From: the human T2T-CHM13v2.0 reference genome, Homo sapiens
DNA length: 64,000 bases
Direction: 5' to 3' (one strand)
Assembly: GCF_009914755.1 (NCBI RefSeq)
Contig: NC_060932.1
The notes under the pieces were generated by a model, which did not search any database, had not been told where the DNA came from, and was given only the letters and a program-made list of their open reading frames with translations. Positions within the stretch are counted from its first letter, which is position 1, and each line of letters opens with the position of its first letter. Shown piece after piece: positions 1 to 15,701 of this stretch. The position numbers and the translations under genes were made by a program.

Positions 1-629
1 TACCAAGTGTTCTTGGGTTAAAGGCAGGCGGCTTTTTAATTAAATCTTAAAGCACTGCAATTACTGGCAAGACAGCTGGTCTTAAGCAGTTTTGTGACTG
101 CCCTTTTCATCCACTACATGACTATTCCGGCCTTTCTGGAGCACTTTTGAAAATCTACTTGACTCTGTCCACAAGACTGAGGAAAGTGAAAGCAAAGTCC
201 CGGGAAAGCGGGAGATGATTCAGCCCGGGGTTCTGCCCCTCGCCCCTCCAGCAGCCTCTACAGTTAGGGAGCTCTTGAACTGTTCTCAGCAGGGGCCCCC
301 AAAAAGTCAACCCTTCCCCAGGTCTGCGTTCTTCGGGAGAACACCTTCTGCTGGAAAGCTGCTAGCTTACCTGAGCTCAGCCGTGCTCCACCTAGCTTAG
401 GCAAGTTAAATAAGGCCAGGAGAGAGCCTTTAATGCGTTTTAAAAGCGACAGACCCTCTCTCCTGAGTAGCTCGGGCCTGCGCCCCATCCCCCCGCCCCC
501 CCCACACACACACCTGGCGCCCGGGCTCCCTGGTGCTCGCTGGCTGCGGGTCCGGAACGCACCCTTCCCGAGCCGGGTCCTGCGCCACCGGCGGGCGGGC
601 GGGAGTCACTGCGAATATAGGAAGCAGGG

Positions 630-1027
630 GCGATTTCAAATGCTGCTTTATTCTTACAAATACTGTAAAAATTAATATAAAAAAGTGAGCATGCTCAGTC
701 TTTTCCTCTTATCTACAATACAAAGGGTTTGTCTGAAAAGTCTGGTTTTTTTTCTTTTTACAAATGTACCTTAGCTGCATCAACAGGAGTAAGATGTAGA
801 AAAAGCTACCATTACAAAAATAATTTAAGGGAAAATAAACACGTTTAGCTTCTCTCGCAGTTTAGTGGTGGTAAGTCCAGGCTGTAGCTTCTTTGCGCTC
901 CTATGTCCCAAGAAACTGCAGCGGGCACCCGGCGGCTCTGGCTGCGCCAGGGCAGGGCGCGCTCCGCTCCGGGCCGTCGGGTCTGAGGTATGGGTCGTTG
1001 CTGAGTCTCTCCCGCCCCGGCCGCGCG
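630..1027 (-). other. CEBPD: CEBPD 3' UTR (3' end approximate)
   Basis: Lies between the stop codon and an AATAAA; the distal half is U/AU-rich. Confidence 0.8.
647..652 (-). terminator. CEBPD: CEBPD polyadenylation signal AATAAA
   Basis: tttatt on the + strand, ~375 nt past the stop codon. Confidence 0.85.
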
Positions 1028-1837
1028 TTACCGGCAGTCTGCTGTCCCGGCGGCCGGCAGGAAGGGCGGGCTGGGCAGCTGCTTGAAGAACTGCCGGAGG
1101 CCGGCCAGGTCCCGCGTGAGCTGCTCCACGCGCTGGTGCAGCTTCTCGTTCTCAGCCGACAGCTCCACCAACTTCTGCTGCATCTCCTGGTTGCGCCGCT
1201 TGGCCTTGTCGCGGCTCTTGCGCACGGCGATGTTGTTGCGCTCGCGCCGCTGCCGGTACTCGGGGCTGCCGCGGTCCGGGCCCCTCTTGCCGGCGCTCTT
1301 CTCCCGGGCGGGGCCGGGCGCGGGGGTCTGCCTGGGGCTGCTGCGCGGCGGCTCCGGCGACGTGGGCGGGGTGGGCTGCCCTGCGGCCGCCAAGCTCACC
1401 ACGGTCTGTGCGCACGCGGCCACCTGCGCGGGCAACAGCGAGCCGGGCGCGTCGCCGTCGCCCCAGTCGGGCTCGCGCTTGAGCAGGCGGGGAGCGGCAG
1501 GGCCCGGGCCCAAGGGGCGCGCGGGGCCGCCGGGAAGAAGCTCCAGGGGCCCCGCGCCGCCCGCCTTGTGATTGCTGTTGAAGAGGTCGGCGAAGAGCTC
1601 GTCGTGGCACAGCTCCAGGGTGGGCACGGCGGCCATGGAGTCGATGTAGGCGCTGAAGTCGATGGCGCTCTCGTCGTCGTACATGGCGGGGGCGGCGGCG
1701 CCTGGCTCGCCTAGGGCCCCTGGCTCGGCCCCGCGGCCCGGCTTGCCCGCCCGGCCCGGTTCGTAGAAGGGCGCAGGCTCCGCAGGCCAGGGCGCGCCGC
1801 GCGCCGGGCCGTCCAGGCTGAAGAGCGCGGCGCTCAT
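1028..1837 (-). CDS. CEBPD: CCAAT/enhancer-binding protein delta (C/EBP delta), intronless, 269 aa bZIP transcription factor
   Basis: ATG at 1837 in GCCGCCATG context; MSAALFSLDG...DESAIDFSAYIDS...LFADLF...LKREP...basic region RQRRERNNIAVRKSRDKAK and leucine zipper; TAA at 1028-1030; 810 nt. Matches the recognised human protein. Confidence 0.99.
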   Translation of the reverse strand: MSAALFSLDGPARGAPWPAEPAPFYEPGRAGKPGRGAEPGALGEPGAAAPAMYDDESAIDFSAYIDSMAAVPTLELCHDELFADLFNSNHKAGGAGPLELLPGGPARPLGPGPAAPRLLKREPDWGDGDAPGSLLPAQVAACAQTVVSLAAAGQPTPPTSPEPPRSSPRQTPAPGPAREKSAGKRGPDRGSPEYRQRRERNNIAVRKSRDKAKRRNQEMQQKLVELSAENEKLHQRVEQLTRDLAGLRQFFKQLPSPPFLPAAGTADCR

Positions 1838-1903
1838 GGCGGCGTCGGGCCGGGCTCTGCGTCCAAGCGAGGCTGTCACCTCGCTGGGCCCAGCCCCGCC
1901 GCC

Positions 1904-1910
1904 TTTTCTA
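1904..1910 (-). promoter_or_regulatory. CEBPD: TATA-like box TAGAAAA of CEBPD
   Basis: Only AT-rich element in the GC-rich proximal promoter, ~70 nt upstream of the ATG. Confidence 0.65.
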
Positions 1911-1918
1911 GCCCCGGC

Positions 1919-1938
1919 TGACGTGCACGCCCCGCCCC
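1919..1938. promoter_or_regulatory. CEBPD: CRE-like site (TGACGTGC) plus adjacent Sp1 GC box (GCCCCGCCCC)
   Basis: Direct motif matches just upstream of the TATA-like box; consistent with known CREB/Sp1 control of CEBPD. Confidence 0.7.
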
Positions 1939-2150
1939 GACTCCGGCACCGCGGGGGCGCCCCGGGGCCGCGGGGGAAGGGGCGGGGGCGCCCTGGGAGC
2001 CCCCCGGAGCCGCCCCGAGCCTTCCCGGGGCGCGCCCCCTCTCAGTTCCTCCCCGGGGCCCCCTCCCCGGCCCTGGGGACCCCCAGCCCACGTTGCAGGA
2101 GGGTGCCCGCGCTGCTGCTCCCTCCCCGGCCCGGGCCGGCCTGCGCTGCG

Positions 2151-2160
2151 CTGCTGGGAA
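2151..2160 (-). promoter_or_regulatory. CEBPD: STAT3/acute-phase response element TTCCCAGCAG
   Basis: ctgctgggaa on +; matches the APRE-type STAT site known for CEBPD promoters. Confidence 0.6.
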
Positions 2161-2931
2161 TGACACTCCCTCTGCCAGCACTCCAGGGCCTTCTCTTCTT
2201 CCTGTTTGTGGGCTTGGAACCTCCTCGCTCCTCGGGGTTGGGAGTGAAATCAAAACCAGGACTTGGCCGCAGCGCGCGCGTCCCAGGCCGGCTCCTGTCG
2301 CCGGAGGGCGGGGGGTGGAGACCCGTGGGAGAGGACCCGCGCGTCCAAGGACGCCCCCCGACCGTGGGCACGCGCGTGAGGCCCTCGCCCCGCGCCTCCA
2401 CCGTGGGACCAGATGCGGGAAGAGGCGTGGGGGACCAGACGTGGGGACAGCGGCGGCCTGGCAGGCGGGGAGGGCTGCCCGCACCGCACTCGGGCGCCTC
2501 GGGGAATCCGGGCCGGTTCTCGCTGCTCTCCTCGGAGGTCCCGGGTCCGGCCGGCCCTGGGGGTCGAGGCCCAGAGACGCGGCTGCTGCGTCCTGGCCGA
2601 AAGGCCGACGGGACGCTGTCGCCAAAAGCAGAGCAGATGGGGGAGACGCGGTCACGACACCGCGTCCTCCGCCGGCTCCTCGAGGTGCGGGCTCTCCGGC
2701 CGGACGCTACTCCCCGACCCCGCAGACCCGGGCGTCCGCCGCCAGCTCCCGCGCCCGCGTTTCTTCCAGGTCTACGGAAGCAGTGCCATCGTGTGGCGGC
2801 ATCTTGCGTTAGACCTGTTTTTAGTTCCAGGCTCTTTCCCTGTTAAATATTCCAAAAAAGTGCCTTGAACCTAAAGTAGTTGGGTCCTTTTTGGGAAACA
2901 GGTAAGATCTACCAGTAGCTATAGCAGGGTG

Positions 2932-3008
2932 CAGATGGGCCTCGACTCACGATGGGGTTACATCCCGGTAGACCCATCGCACACTGAAAATGTCTTAAGT
3001 AAGAATGG
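2932..3008 (+). mobile_element. Tigger4/MER46-like DNA transposon end fragment
   Basis: cagatg..ctcgactcacgatggggttacatcccg..acccatcg resembles the Tigger4 terminal sequence (recalled, not searched). Confidence 0.55.
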
Positions 3009-3070
3009 GCTTTGTCATGTGTCCTGCAATTTGAGGCAGGCATTTCTGGTCAGACCCATTTATTATTTTA

Positions 3071-3502
<432 letters not shown>

Positions 3503-3987
3503 CAAATCCATTAAATCACTATCGCTAGTCACACCTGCTCCATGTCGAGTCTCTTCCTGCGCAGGCCTCTCACCAGATCTGCGTCGGAACACCAAGCTCT
3601 ACTAACTGCTGTGCAGTTTCTGCAGTCAGTTCCAGAGGTCATTTCTAACGTTGCACTATGGGATATTTAATAGGTTTCCTAAAGAACAAACATATTTCTT
3701 TAGAGTTACTCAGAGGGTACACAATGATGATGTCACACAATTAATTACCTATTAAGACTGAAATCCAGCAATGCATAGAGTGTGGACTTACGCACATCCA
3801 GAAAAAGTTCTAGCACAAATTGTTTTGTTCTCATATATTTCAGAAGCCATAGAAACACTATTAAAGCCCTCCCTAATCACTTAGGGAATGCAAAATCAAT
3901 ATTTATAAGGGATAACCATATCCTCCTAAAAACAACTCAGAGACTATTTTCAGTGAGATGATTTACTGATTCCGATAGTCAATATAG

Positions 3988-4263
<276 letters not shown>

Positions 4264-4322
4264 CTACATTTATTAACACTAAGTTGAGTTTACATGACAG
4301 TGATGCATATTGAGGTGCTTTA

Positions 4323-4967
<645 letters not shown>

Positions 4968-5349
4968 TCAGGAGGTTGAAAACGGTTAAAATGTGTTTGA
5001 GTTAATATAAGCTGTTTGTTGGGGTCCAAAAGCCAATCTGGCTCCCCTTCATTCATAGGACGAAGTTGACCATAATTCAGCTCTCTCTCATCCTAGGGAT
5101 CATATTTGGATAATTGAAATGGCAGAAGAGCAGTTCTGCTCCAAATTACAGTCTGAAAAAATAAAACGTTTTTGAGGAGTGCTCTCTAAACGTAAATATG
5201 AAATGAAGTTTCAAGAGGTGGGAAACTTTTTAGTGCTTTCTTCAGATTGTTATTCTCAGCTATCAGATTAGATGGTTTTGTTTCCCTTCTGCCTTCGGGC
5301 TATTTTAAATTTATGGCTTATTTTCCCGAGTTTTGGGTCACAATAGCGA

Positions 5350-5646
<297 letters not shown>

Positions 5647-6529
5647 TGAAATTTTTATATGTTACATGTTTATATCCAAAAATACTGACTTTTCAGGATG
5701 AACCTTATTCGCAATGTGTGAGTTTGGAAAAGGAAAGACAGAGTCAAAGGAACAAAACCAGTGGTTGTTGGGGTCACGCACCCCTCATGCTGTTAAAGCT
5801 TGTGCATGTCATTGAAACCTGCTGTGATTGGTAACAATTTCTATGTGCACTTCAGCTTCTGGAATCTAAAAGGCTGAGTCCCCAGATTGTAAAGTAGCCA
5901 GAACTGACAACAAGAATTGGATTCTGTGGGTTGGGTGTCCCACCTGCCAAATACCTGCTCACATTCTCCTCAACAGAAAAGGAAAAGCAATTTGTCTTCC
6001 CAGCCTACATTTTTATCAGGTGGATTCATCCCTCCCTGGCCCACACCCAGTAGCCCCTCTGCCAGCCTCCTTGCACCCCAGGTCCCCAGCTGCCTCCTTG
6101 ATGGCAGTGATGCTGCAGCTGCACCTGCTCCCCCAGGAAGGGTGCAGCAGGTCTGGACTCACAGCTTGCTCTCCCTTTCCAATCCATTCTCCAGATGGCC
6201 ACCCAAGAGAGCCCGTCCCGTCACTGTGTTCCTTAGAATCTGCTGATGTTTTCTTGGCCTAGAGGATGGAGTTTCAGTTCTCAAGTGGGAGCCCTCCACT
6301 GCCCACTTCAAGAAGTCAATTTCCTCTCACAACAACTGGCACCTGACTCAACTCCAAATACCCAGGACCTGCCTGGTTTCCTGTGTGTGAAGCTGATGGT
6401 TCCACCGAGAGCTCTTTCTCCTCTGCACTACTCTGCTGGCAAGAGCAATGGTGCCTGCCTCGATGGTGCTTTCTGTGACTTACTTAATCACTTCCTCATC
6501 TGACTTCTCAGGAAAAATACATCCCACAT

Positions 6530-6945
6530 CTTGTCAATTATTAAGTGCACTTTTTTTATATTTTATTGAAATTGGGATGCATGTGACAATCACTGTTGTC
6601 CAGAGTGTCAGTTAGGATATTTGTCTTTGTCCACATATGGGTGCCAGTGGCTGGGAGTGAATCCTGAGGATGATGGCGGAGAGCACTTTCTAAAGAAATG
6701 CTACATCGCTCGCTGTCTTGATGGAATGAAGAGCAGTGGTGTGTAAAAACCTGCAGGGCAATGACTCTGAAATGAAAAGTGATTCAGAGGAGACAGTGAG
6801 TGAACATGAAAACATTTGGGAACATCTTAAGCAATTTACTTATATTGTCCTTTTTACATGCACGTAAGAGTGATATATTATTAAAATCAATGTCTAAAAG
6901 AAATGAAGTTCTTTCTATGAGTACAAAATCAAAATTTTAAGAAAT
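6530..6945 (+). mobile_element. Tc2-type (Kanga/MER104-like) DNA transposon remnant
   Basis: aagtgcacttttttt..gaaattgggatgc and aagaaatgct..tcttgatgg resemble the family consensus (from memory). Confidence 0.4.
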
Positions 6946-8208
6946 ATGAGAGAAGCAACATCACCAAAAATGGCAGAGTAAAGAATTCCAGTGCTCCATC
7001 ACTCCACAAATACAGCTGGCAAAAGCTGTCCTAATCAACTTTTACAGAACTCTGAAATCTAGCCACAAACTTACAGCAACTGGGGAAAGTATAATGAAGA
7101 AAGAAGCTGCTGCAATGTACTAAGAAAGCACTTTGGTGTTTTAAACTGCCTGCTTGCCATCCCTCCTTCTCCAGATTGTTGGTGGCCATGAAGATGGCAG
7201 CATGAACTCCTGATGCAGGCTGCTAGTGCCAGAGTGAACAACACAGACTCTGTTCTCAAAGAAACGGGAGTGTGCTTGGACCGGGCTGACAGCTCCCTGA
7301 TGGACTAGAGCAAGGATAGCGTTTGCATTTGGGCATTTGCCAAGAGCAGCAAGGGCAAAAGTACTGGCTGTAGGAGCCTGAGACAAGCAATAGAAAGACC
7401 AAAAAGTCTAGGAAGGAAGAGCTTGAGGAAGAACATAAGTGGGGAATAAGGGCCATTAAAAGCTCTTGCGTGTACCAGGGAATTACGTGCATGCCCAGCG
7501 TGGGCGGAGTGCTCAGAAAAGGCCTGAGAAGACCTCAAGCCTCCACTTCTGGCTGACCTTCAAGATGTGCACATTCAAGAAGAGAAAGCTAAGACAGAAT
7601 TATAAACAACCTGGCTAAGTGTTAAAGGAGTATGCCAACACAGAGCCAGTCTCTAAAGACTGGAAGAGTTTCTGTAGGTACTTTTTTTTTCTCTCTCTCT
7701 TTCTTTTATGGGTTGGGGGCTTTGGGCATTTAAGGTTACTCTGTTAAAAATACTAGCTGACCACTAAGCTAATGGAACACAGACTTCAGTGGCCTCACAC
7801 AACAAACACAATACAGATGTTACAAAAGTAGTTTTGAAAAGTCAGTAACAAGTAACAACAGCCCACAACAAATAGCAACAACAAACCCTTGGCAGGGGTG
7901 GAGGGTGGGGGCGGAATCTACTTTGCAGAGTTGCCACATTGTAATTATCAAAATGCTGAGTTTTTGACAAACATTTATGAAGCATGCAAAGAAACAAGAA
8001 AGTATAAACCATTCACAAGCATACTCTGAAGAAATTAATAGAAACTATCCCTGAGGAAGCCAGACACTGGACTTACTTAGTGGACAAAAACTAAATCACA
8101 TGTCTTTAAAATGCTCAGAGTTAGGGTAAACCATGTACAAAGGACTAAAGGAAGCCAGGAGCATGAAGTATCACCGAATAGAGAATATCAGTTAAGAGAG
8201 AGAAATTA

Positions 8209-8594
<386 letters not shown>

Positions 8595-8600
<6 letters not shown>

Positions 8601-8778
8601 AAGAAAGAGAAAGAGAGAGAGGGAGGGAGGGAGGAAGGGAAAGAAAGAAAGAGAGAGAGAGAAAGAAGGAAAGAAAGAAAGAAAAGAAAGAGAAAAGAGA
8701 GAGACAAAGAAAAAGAGAGGGAGGGAGGGAAAGGAGGGAAAGGAAGGAAAGGAAAGAAAAAGGAAAGAAAGAGAAAGA
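8595..8778 (+). repeat. Polypurine (GAAA/GAGA/GGGA)n tract from the Alu tail
   Basis: ~180 nt almost purely A/G. Confidence 0.9.
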
Positions 8779-8969
8779 ATCAGCAAACTTGAATATAGGA
8801 CAATTGAAATTATGCAGCCCGGGAAGCACAAAAGAAAAGAATGAAGAAAAGTGAACCAAGCCTAAGGGACCTGTGGGATATCATCAAGTAGATCAACATA
8901 TGCATAATGAGAGTCCCAGAAAGAGGAGACAAAGAGAAAGTAGCAGAAAGACTACCTAAATAAATAATA

Positions 8970-9246
<277 letters not shown>

Positions 9247-10049
9247 AATAGCCAAAATGTCCCATATTTTGTGAAATACATGAATTCTACGCATCCAAGA
9301 AGTTCAACAACACCAAGTAGAACAAACTCAAAGAGATCCATACTAAGAAACACTATAGTCAAATTATTGAACACCAAACAAAAAGAGACAATCTGGAAAG
9401 CTGCAAGAGCCAAGTGACTCATCACATACAAGAGATCCTGAATAAAATTAATAATCAGTTTTTCATCAAAACCATGGTGGTCAGGAGACAGTGGGATAAA
9501 AGGAAAAAAGTCAACCAGAAATACTATATCCAGCAAAAATTGAGACATTAAGACATTTCCAGCTAAACAAAAACTGATGTATTTCACCAATAGACCTGCT
9601 CTAGAAATCCTAAAGGAAGTCTTCCAGGCTGAAACAAAAGGACATCAAACAGTAACTCAAACACATGCAAAAATAAAGAACAATGGTAAATGTAGCTACA
9701 TAGGTAAATATAAAAACACCCTTTGGTTTATAAGTTCCTTTTTCATTTTACTAAATAGTTTAAAAGACAAACCCCTGAAACAATAATTGTAAAGCTATGT
9801 TAACAGGCACACAATATATAAAGATGCAGTTTGTGATACTACAACATAAAGTGTGGGAAGAGGGGCACAACAGAGCTGTAAAGGAACAGAGTCTTTGTAT
9901 GCTATGAAACTCAGTTGGTATTTAATTAAAACTTGGTTATTATAAAGTTAATCGTTATTCCCCAGAGTAAACGCTAACACAAAACCTAAAAATACATACG
10001 GAAATGGAAATAAGGGAATCAAAGTGGTGTACTAGAAGATGTCTTCTGG

Positions 10050-10590
10050 TAGGTGAATGGATAAACTGTGGTACACCCAGCTTCTAGCCGTGAAAAGACA
10101 CGGAGGAAACTTAAATTCATATTAGCGAAAGAAACACATCTGAAAAGGCTACCTACATGCTGTATGATTCCAACTCTGTGATATCCAAGAAAAGGGAAAA
10201 CTATGGACACAGTGAAAATATCACTGGTTGCCAGAGGTTGAGAGGGAAGGAGGGAGGGATGAGTAGGTAGAGCATAGGGAATTTTTAGGGCGCTGAAACC
10301 AGTCTGTATGATACTATAATAGTAGATACATGTCATTATACATTTGTTTAAACTCACAGGATGTACAACACCAAGAGTGAACACTAATGTAAACTATGGA
10401 TACTGGTTGATAACAGTGTGTTAATGTTGGTTCATGGATTGTAGAAAATGCACCACGCTGGCTCAGATTGTTGGTGGTGAAGGAGGGGGTGTGCATTGGG
10501 ATGGGAGCAAGGAGACCTATGGGCATTCTACCTTTCACTAAATTTTTCTGTGAACATAAAACTGCTCTAAACATAAAGTCTGTTTTTTTA
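10050..10590 (+). mobile_element. L1MC-type 3' end
   Basis: gtacaacaccaagagtgaac..taatgtaaactatgga and ttttctgtgaacataaaactgctcta motifs. Confidence 0.7.
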
Positions 10591-10780
10591 AAGGAGCAAA
10601 ATATCAAGTAAACTGGAGATTTAAATAAAAAGAAAACCTGGTCTCTCCTAATAGAATGCAAATACTGTGAGGTTAAGAGCTGCAACACTATTTTTCTCTA
10701 GTATCTCTCACTCTTTTAGGCACATATTTTGCACTCAGTAAGATTTTCTGAAATGAAGGGAATTTTGTGTATGACCTTAG

Positions 10781-11445
<665 letters not shown>

Positions 11446-12839
11446 CATTTCCCCTTTCTTTACCATATATTCTTTACATTAAATATAAGGGTAATAAGTG
11501 GCGGGAAATGGTATGGTAGAAAAAAATCAAACAAAAGAAGGCAATATTAGTTGAATTCAGGAACAAAAATAAAATGAAGCTTACAGGGGAAAAAAAGCAA
11601 AATGATAGAAGTGCTTTTTAATTAGTAGAAATGCAGATGGTAAAAAATGTGTTGAGGTGGATTATATGATATCAAACAAAATAGACTTTAAGTCAAAACT
11701 TGTTACAGGAGACAAAGACATTATATGTAGATAAAATGGTCAATCTATCAAGAAGATAAATCAGTTTTACAGATATACATATCAAAAAAAAGTCCCAAAA
11801 TACATGAAGGAAAATTTGACAGAGGTGAGGGAAGAAATAGATAGTTTTATAATAATCGTTGGAGTTTAAATACCTCATTTTCAATATGAATAACAAAATA
11901 GAGTCCTTAAAGAACACTATATATACACCAACTAGACTTAATGGACATACATTGACTGTTTCACTCAGCAACAGCAGAATACACATTCTTCTGAATTGCA
12001 AATGGGACATTCTCTAGGACAGATAACATGTTAGGTCACAAACAAGTTTGACAGATTTAAAGGACTGAAATAAGACAAAGCATCTTCTCTGACTGCAATC
12101 TTTCTCTGGCTAGAAATCAAAAATAGAAGGAAAACTCAGTTTTCACAAATAATGTGGAACTTACACAACATACAATGGGCAAAAGAAAAACTTACAGCTG
12201 AAATTAGAAAATGCTTTTTTGGGATAAATCAACACAAAAATAGAACATATCCAAACTTATGAGACATAGTGAAAATGGTGTTCGGAGGGAGATTTATAGC
12301 AATATATGCCTACATTTTAAAAAGAGAAAAAGGAATCTCCCAGATCAATCATTTTACACATTAGGGAACCAGAAAAAAAAAAGAACAAGCTAAGCCCAAA
12401 GTTAGCAGAAGAAAGGATTAATAAAGATTACAGACAGAAAAAAAAAAGACAGAAAGAACAGAAAAATAATACAATCAATAAAACCAAAATTTGGCTCTTT
12501 TAACAAGATTAACAAAAAATGACAAACATTCAACTAGATTTAACTAGACTGAGCAGAGAAAAAGAAGAGTCAGATTATGAAAACCAATAAGAAACTAGGC
12601 CATCACTATAAACCTTATATAAATAAAAAGATCATGAGAATAATATGATAAATTATACACCAACAAATTAAATAACCTAGATGAACAAATTCCTAGAAAC
12701 AAACTACTAAAACTAACTCAAGAAGAAATGGAAAATCTGAGCAAATTTATAACGTTTTTGAATTAGTAATCAAACATTATTTCAACAAAAATAAGCTCAG
12801 GGCAAGATGGCTTCACTGGTGAATTATAACAAACATTTA

Positions 12840-13179
<340 letters not shown>

Positions 13180-13182
13180 TCA

Positions 13183-13807
<625 letters not shown>

Positions 13808-14917
13808 CTACCAAAGCTTAGTCCAACTACCTTTTACACAGATTATACATATCAACCATGTAGGATTTATTCCAGAAATACATGGCAAATTGTGCATACA
13901 AAAAAAAGATCAGTCAATGCTACATTAATACAATGAAGGAAAAAAACCTATATGATTATCTCAATTAATGCAGAAAAAGCATTTGACAAAATCCAACACC
14001 ATTTCTTGACAAAAACACTCAACAAAATAAGAATATAAGAGACTGTCATCAACAGAATAATTAGCACTTATGAAAAAGCCACAGCTAACATCATACTCAA
14101 TAGGGAGAGACAAAAACTGTTTCTCTCTAAGATAAGAACAACAAGTGTACCTGCTTTCTACACACACCATATTAGAAATTCTAGCCAGAGCAATTAGGCA
14201 AGAAAAAGAAATCAATGGCAAACAAAATGGAAATGCAGAAGTAAAATTGTATCTGTTCCAGAGGACATTAAATTTATAGAAAACATTTTTTAATTCACAA
14301 AAATCTGTTAGAGCTAAATAAATAAAATTAGCAAAGATGCTGGGTACAAGATCAACGTGCAAATATCAGTTGTATTTTGGTACACTAGCAATGAACAATC
14401 TGAAAGAGAAATTAAAAAAAAACATTTTACTCATGGTAGCATTGAAAAGAATAAAATACTTAGGAATAAATTTAACCAAAGACCTGAAACATTAAGTGTC
14501 TTATACACTGAAAATTACAAAATATTGTAATGAAATGTAAATAATTGGAAAGAAATCCCATGTCATGGACTGAAAGACTTAATATTGTTATGATGACAAA
14601 ATTGCCCAAAGCAATCTACAGATTCAGTGCATTTCCTATCAAACTCAAAATTGTCCTTTTTGCAAAACTAGAAAAGCTGATTCTCAGGTTCATATATATA
14701 ATTGTAACAGATCTGAACCTCAACACAATCTTAGGGAAAAAAATAACAAATTTTGAGGGCCCACACTTTCCAATTTCAAAACTTACTACAAAATTATAGT
14801 AAACAACACAATATGGTGCTGCATAGACATATAGATCAATAGAATAGAATCATGAGTCAAGAAATAAACACATAAGACCATCCAATGAGGAAAGAATAGT
14901 CTCTTAAACAAATGCTG

Positions 14918-15269
<352 letters not shown>

Positions 15270-15701
15270 CTACACCACACCACATAGGAAAATTAAATGA
15301 AAGTGGATCAAAGATATAAATGTAAGGGCTAAAACCATCAAACTCTGAAGAAAACATAGGAGTAAATCTTCATGACCTTCATTTTGTTGATGGATTCTTA
15401 GTAATGACATGAAAAGCACAATCAACAAAAGAAAAAAATAGATAAATTGGACGTCATCAAAATTAAAATGTTTGTGCACCAAAGGACACCATAGAGTGAA
15501 AAGTGAAGCCAGTGAATGGGAGAAAATATTTGCAGACCATTTTCTGATAAATGTCTAGTATCCAGAATATATAAAGAACTCTTAGAACTCAACAACAAAA
15601 AGACAACCCAGTTACAAGATAGGCAAAGAACTTGAATAGCCTTTTCTCCAAAGAAGACATACAAATGGCCAACAAGAAATGAAAAGCGCTCAGATAAAAT
15701 T

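Larger units (their letters stand above)
900..2810. promoter_or_regulatory. CpG island covering CEBPD gene body and promoter
   Basis: Very high GC with dense CpG; no depletion. Confidence 0.95.

Noticed and set aside
893-1714. 273-aa antisense ORF over CEBPD
   Set aside because: Shadow of the GC-rich coding strand.
1838-1879. 14-codon N-terminal extension of CEBPD from a GTG
   Set aside because: The GTG is only ~25 nt from the TATA-like box, i.e. at the expected cap site; the ATG at 1837 gives the recognised 269-aa protein.
1836-2846. 336-aa + strand ORF starting at the same CATG as CEBPD, and other overlapping island ORFs
   Set aside because: Pro/Arg/Gly-rich with no domain; stop-poor frames are expected in a very GC-rich island.
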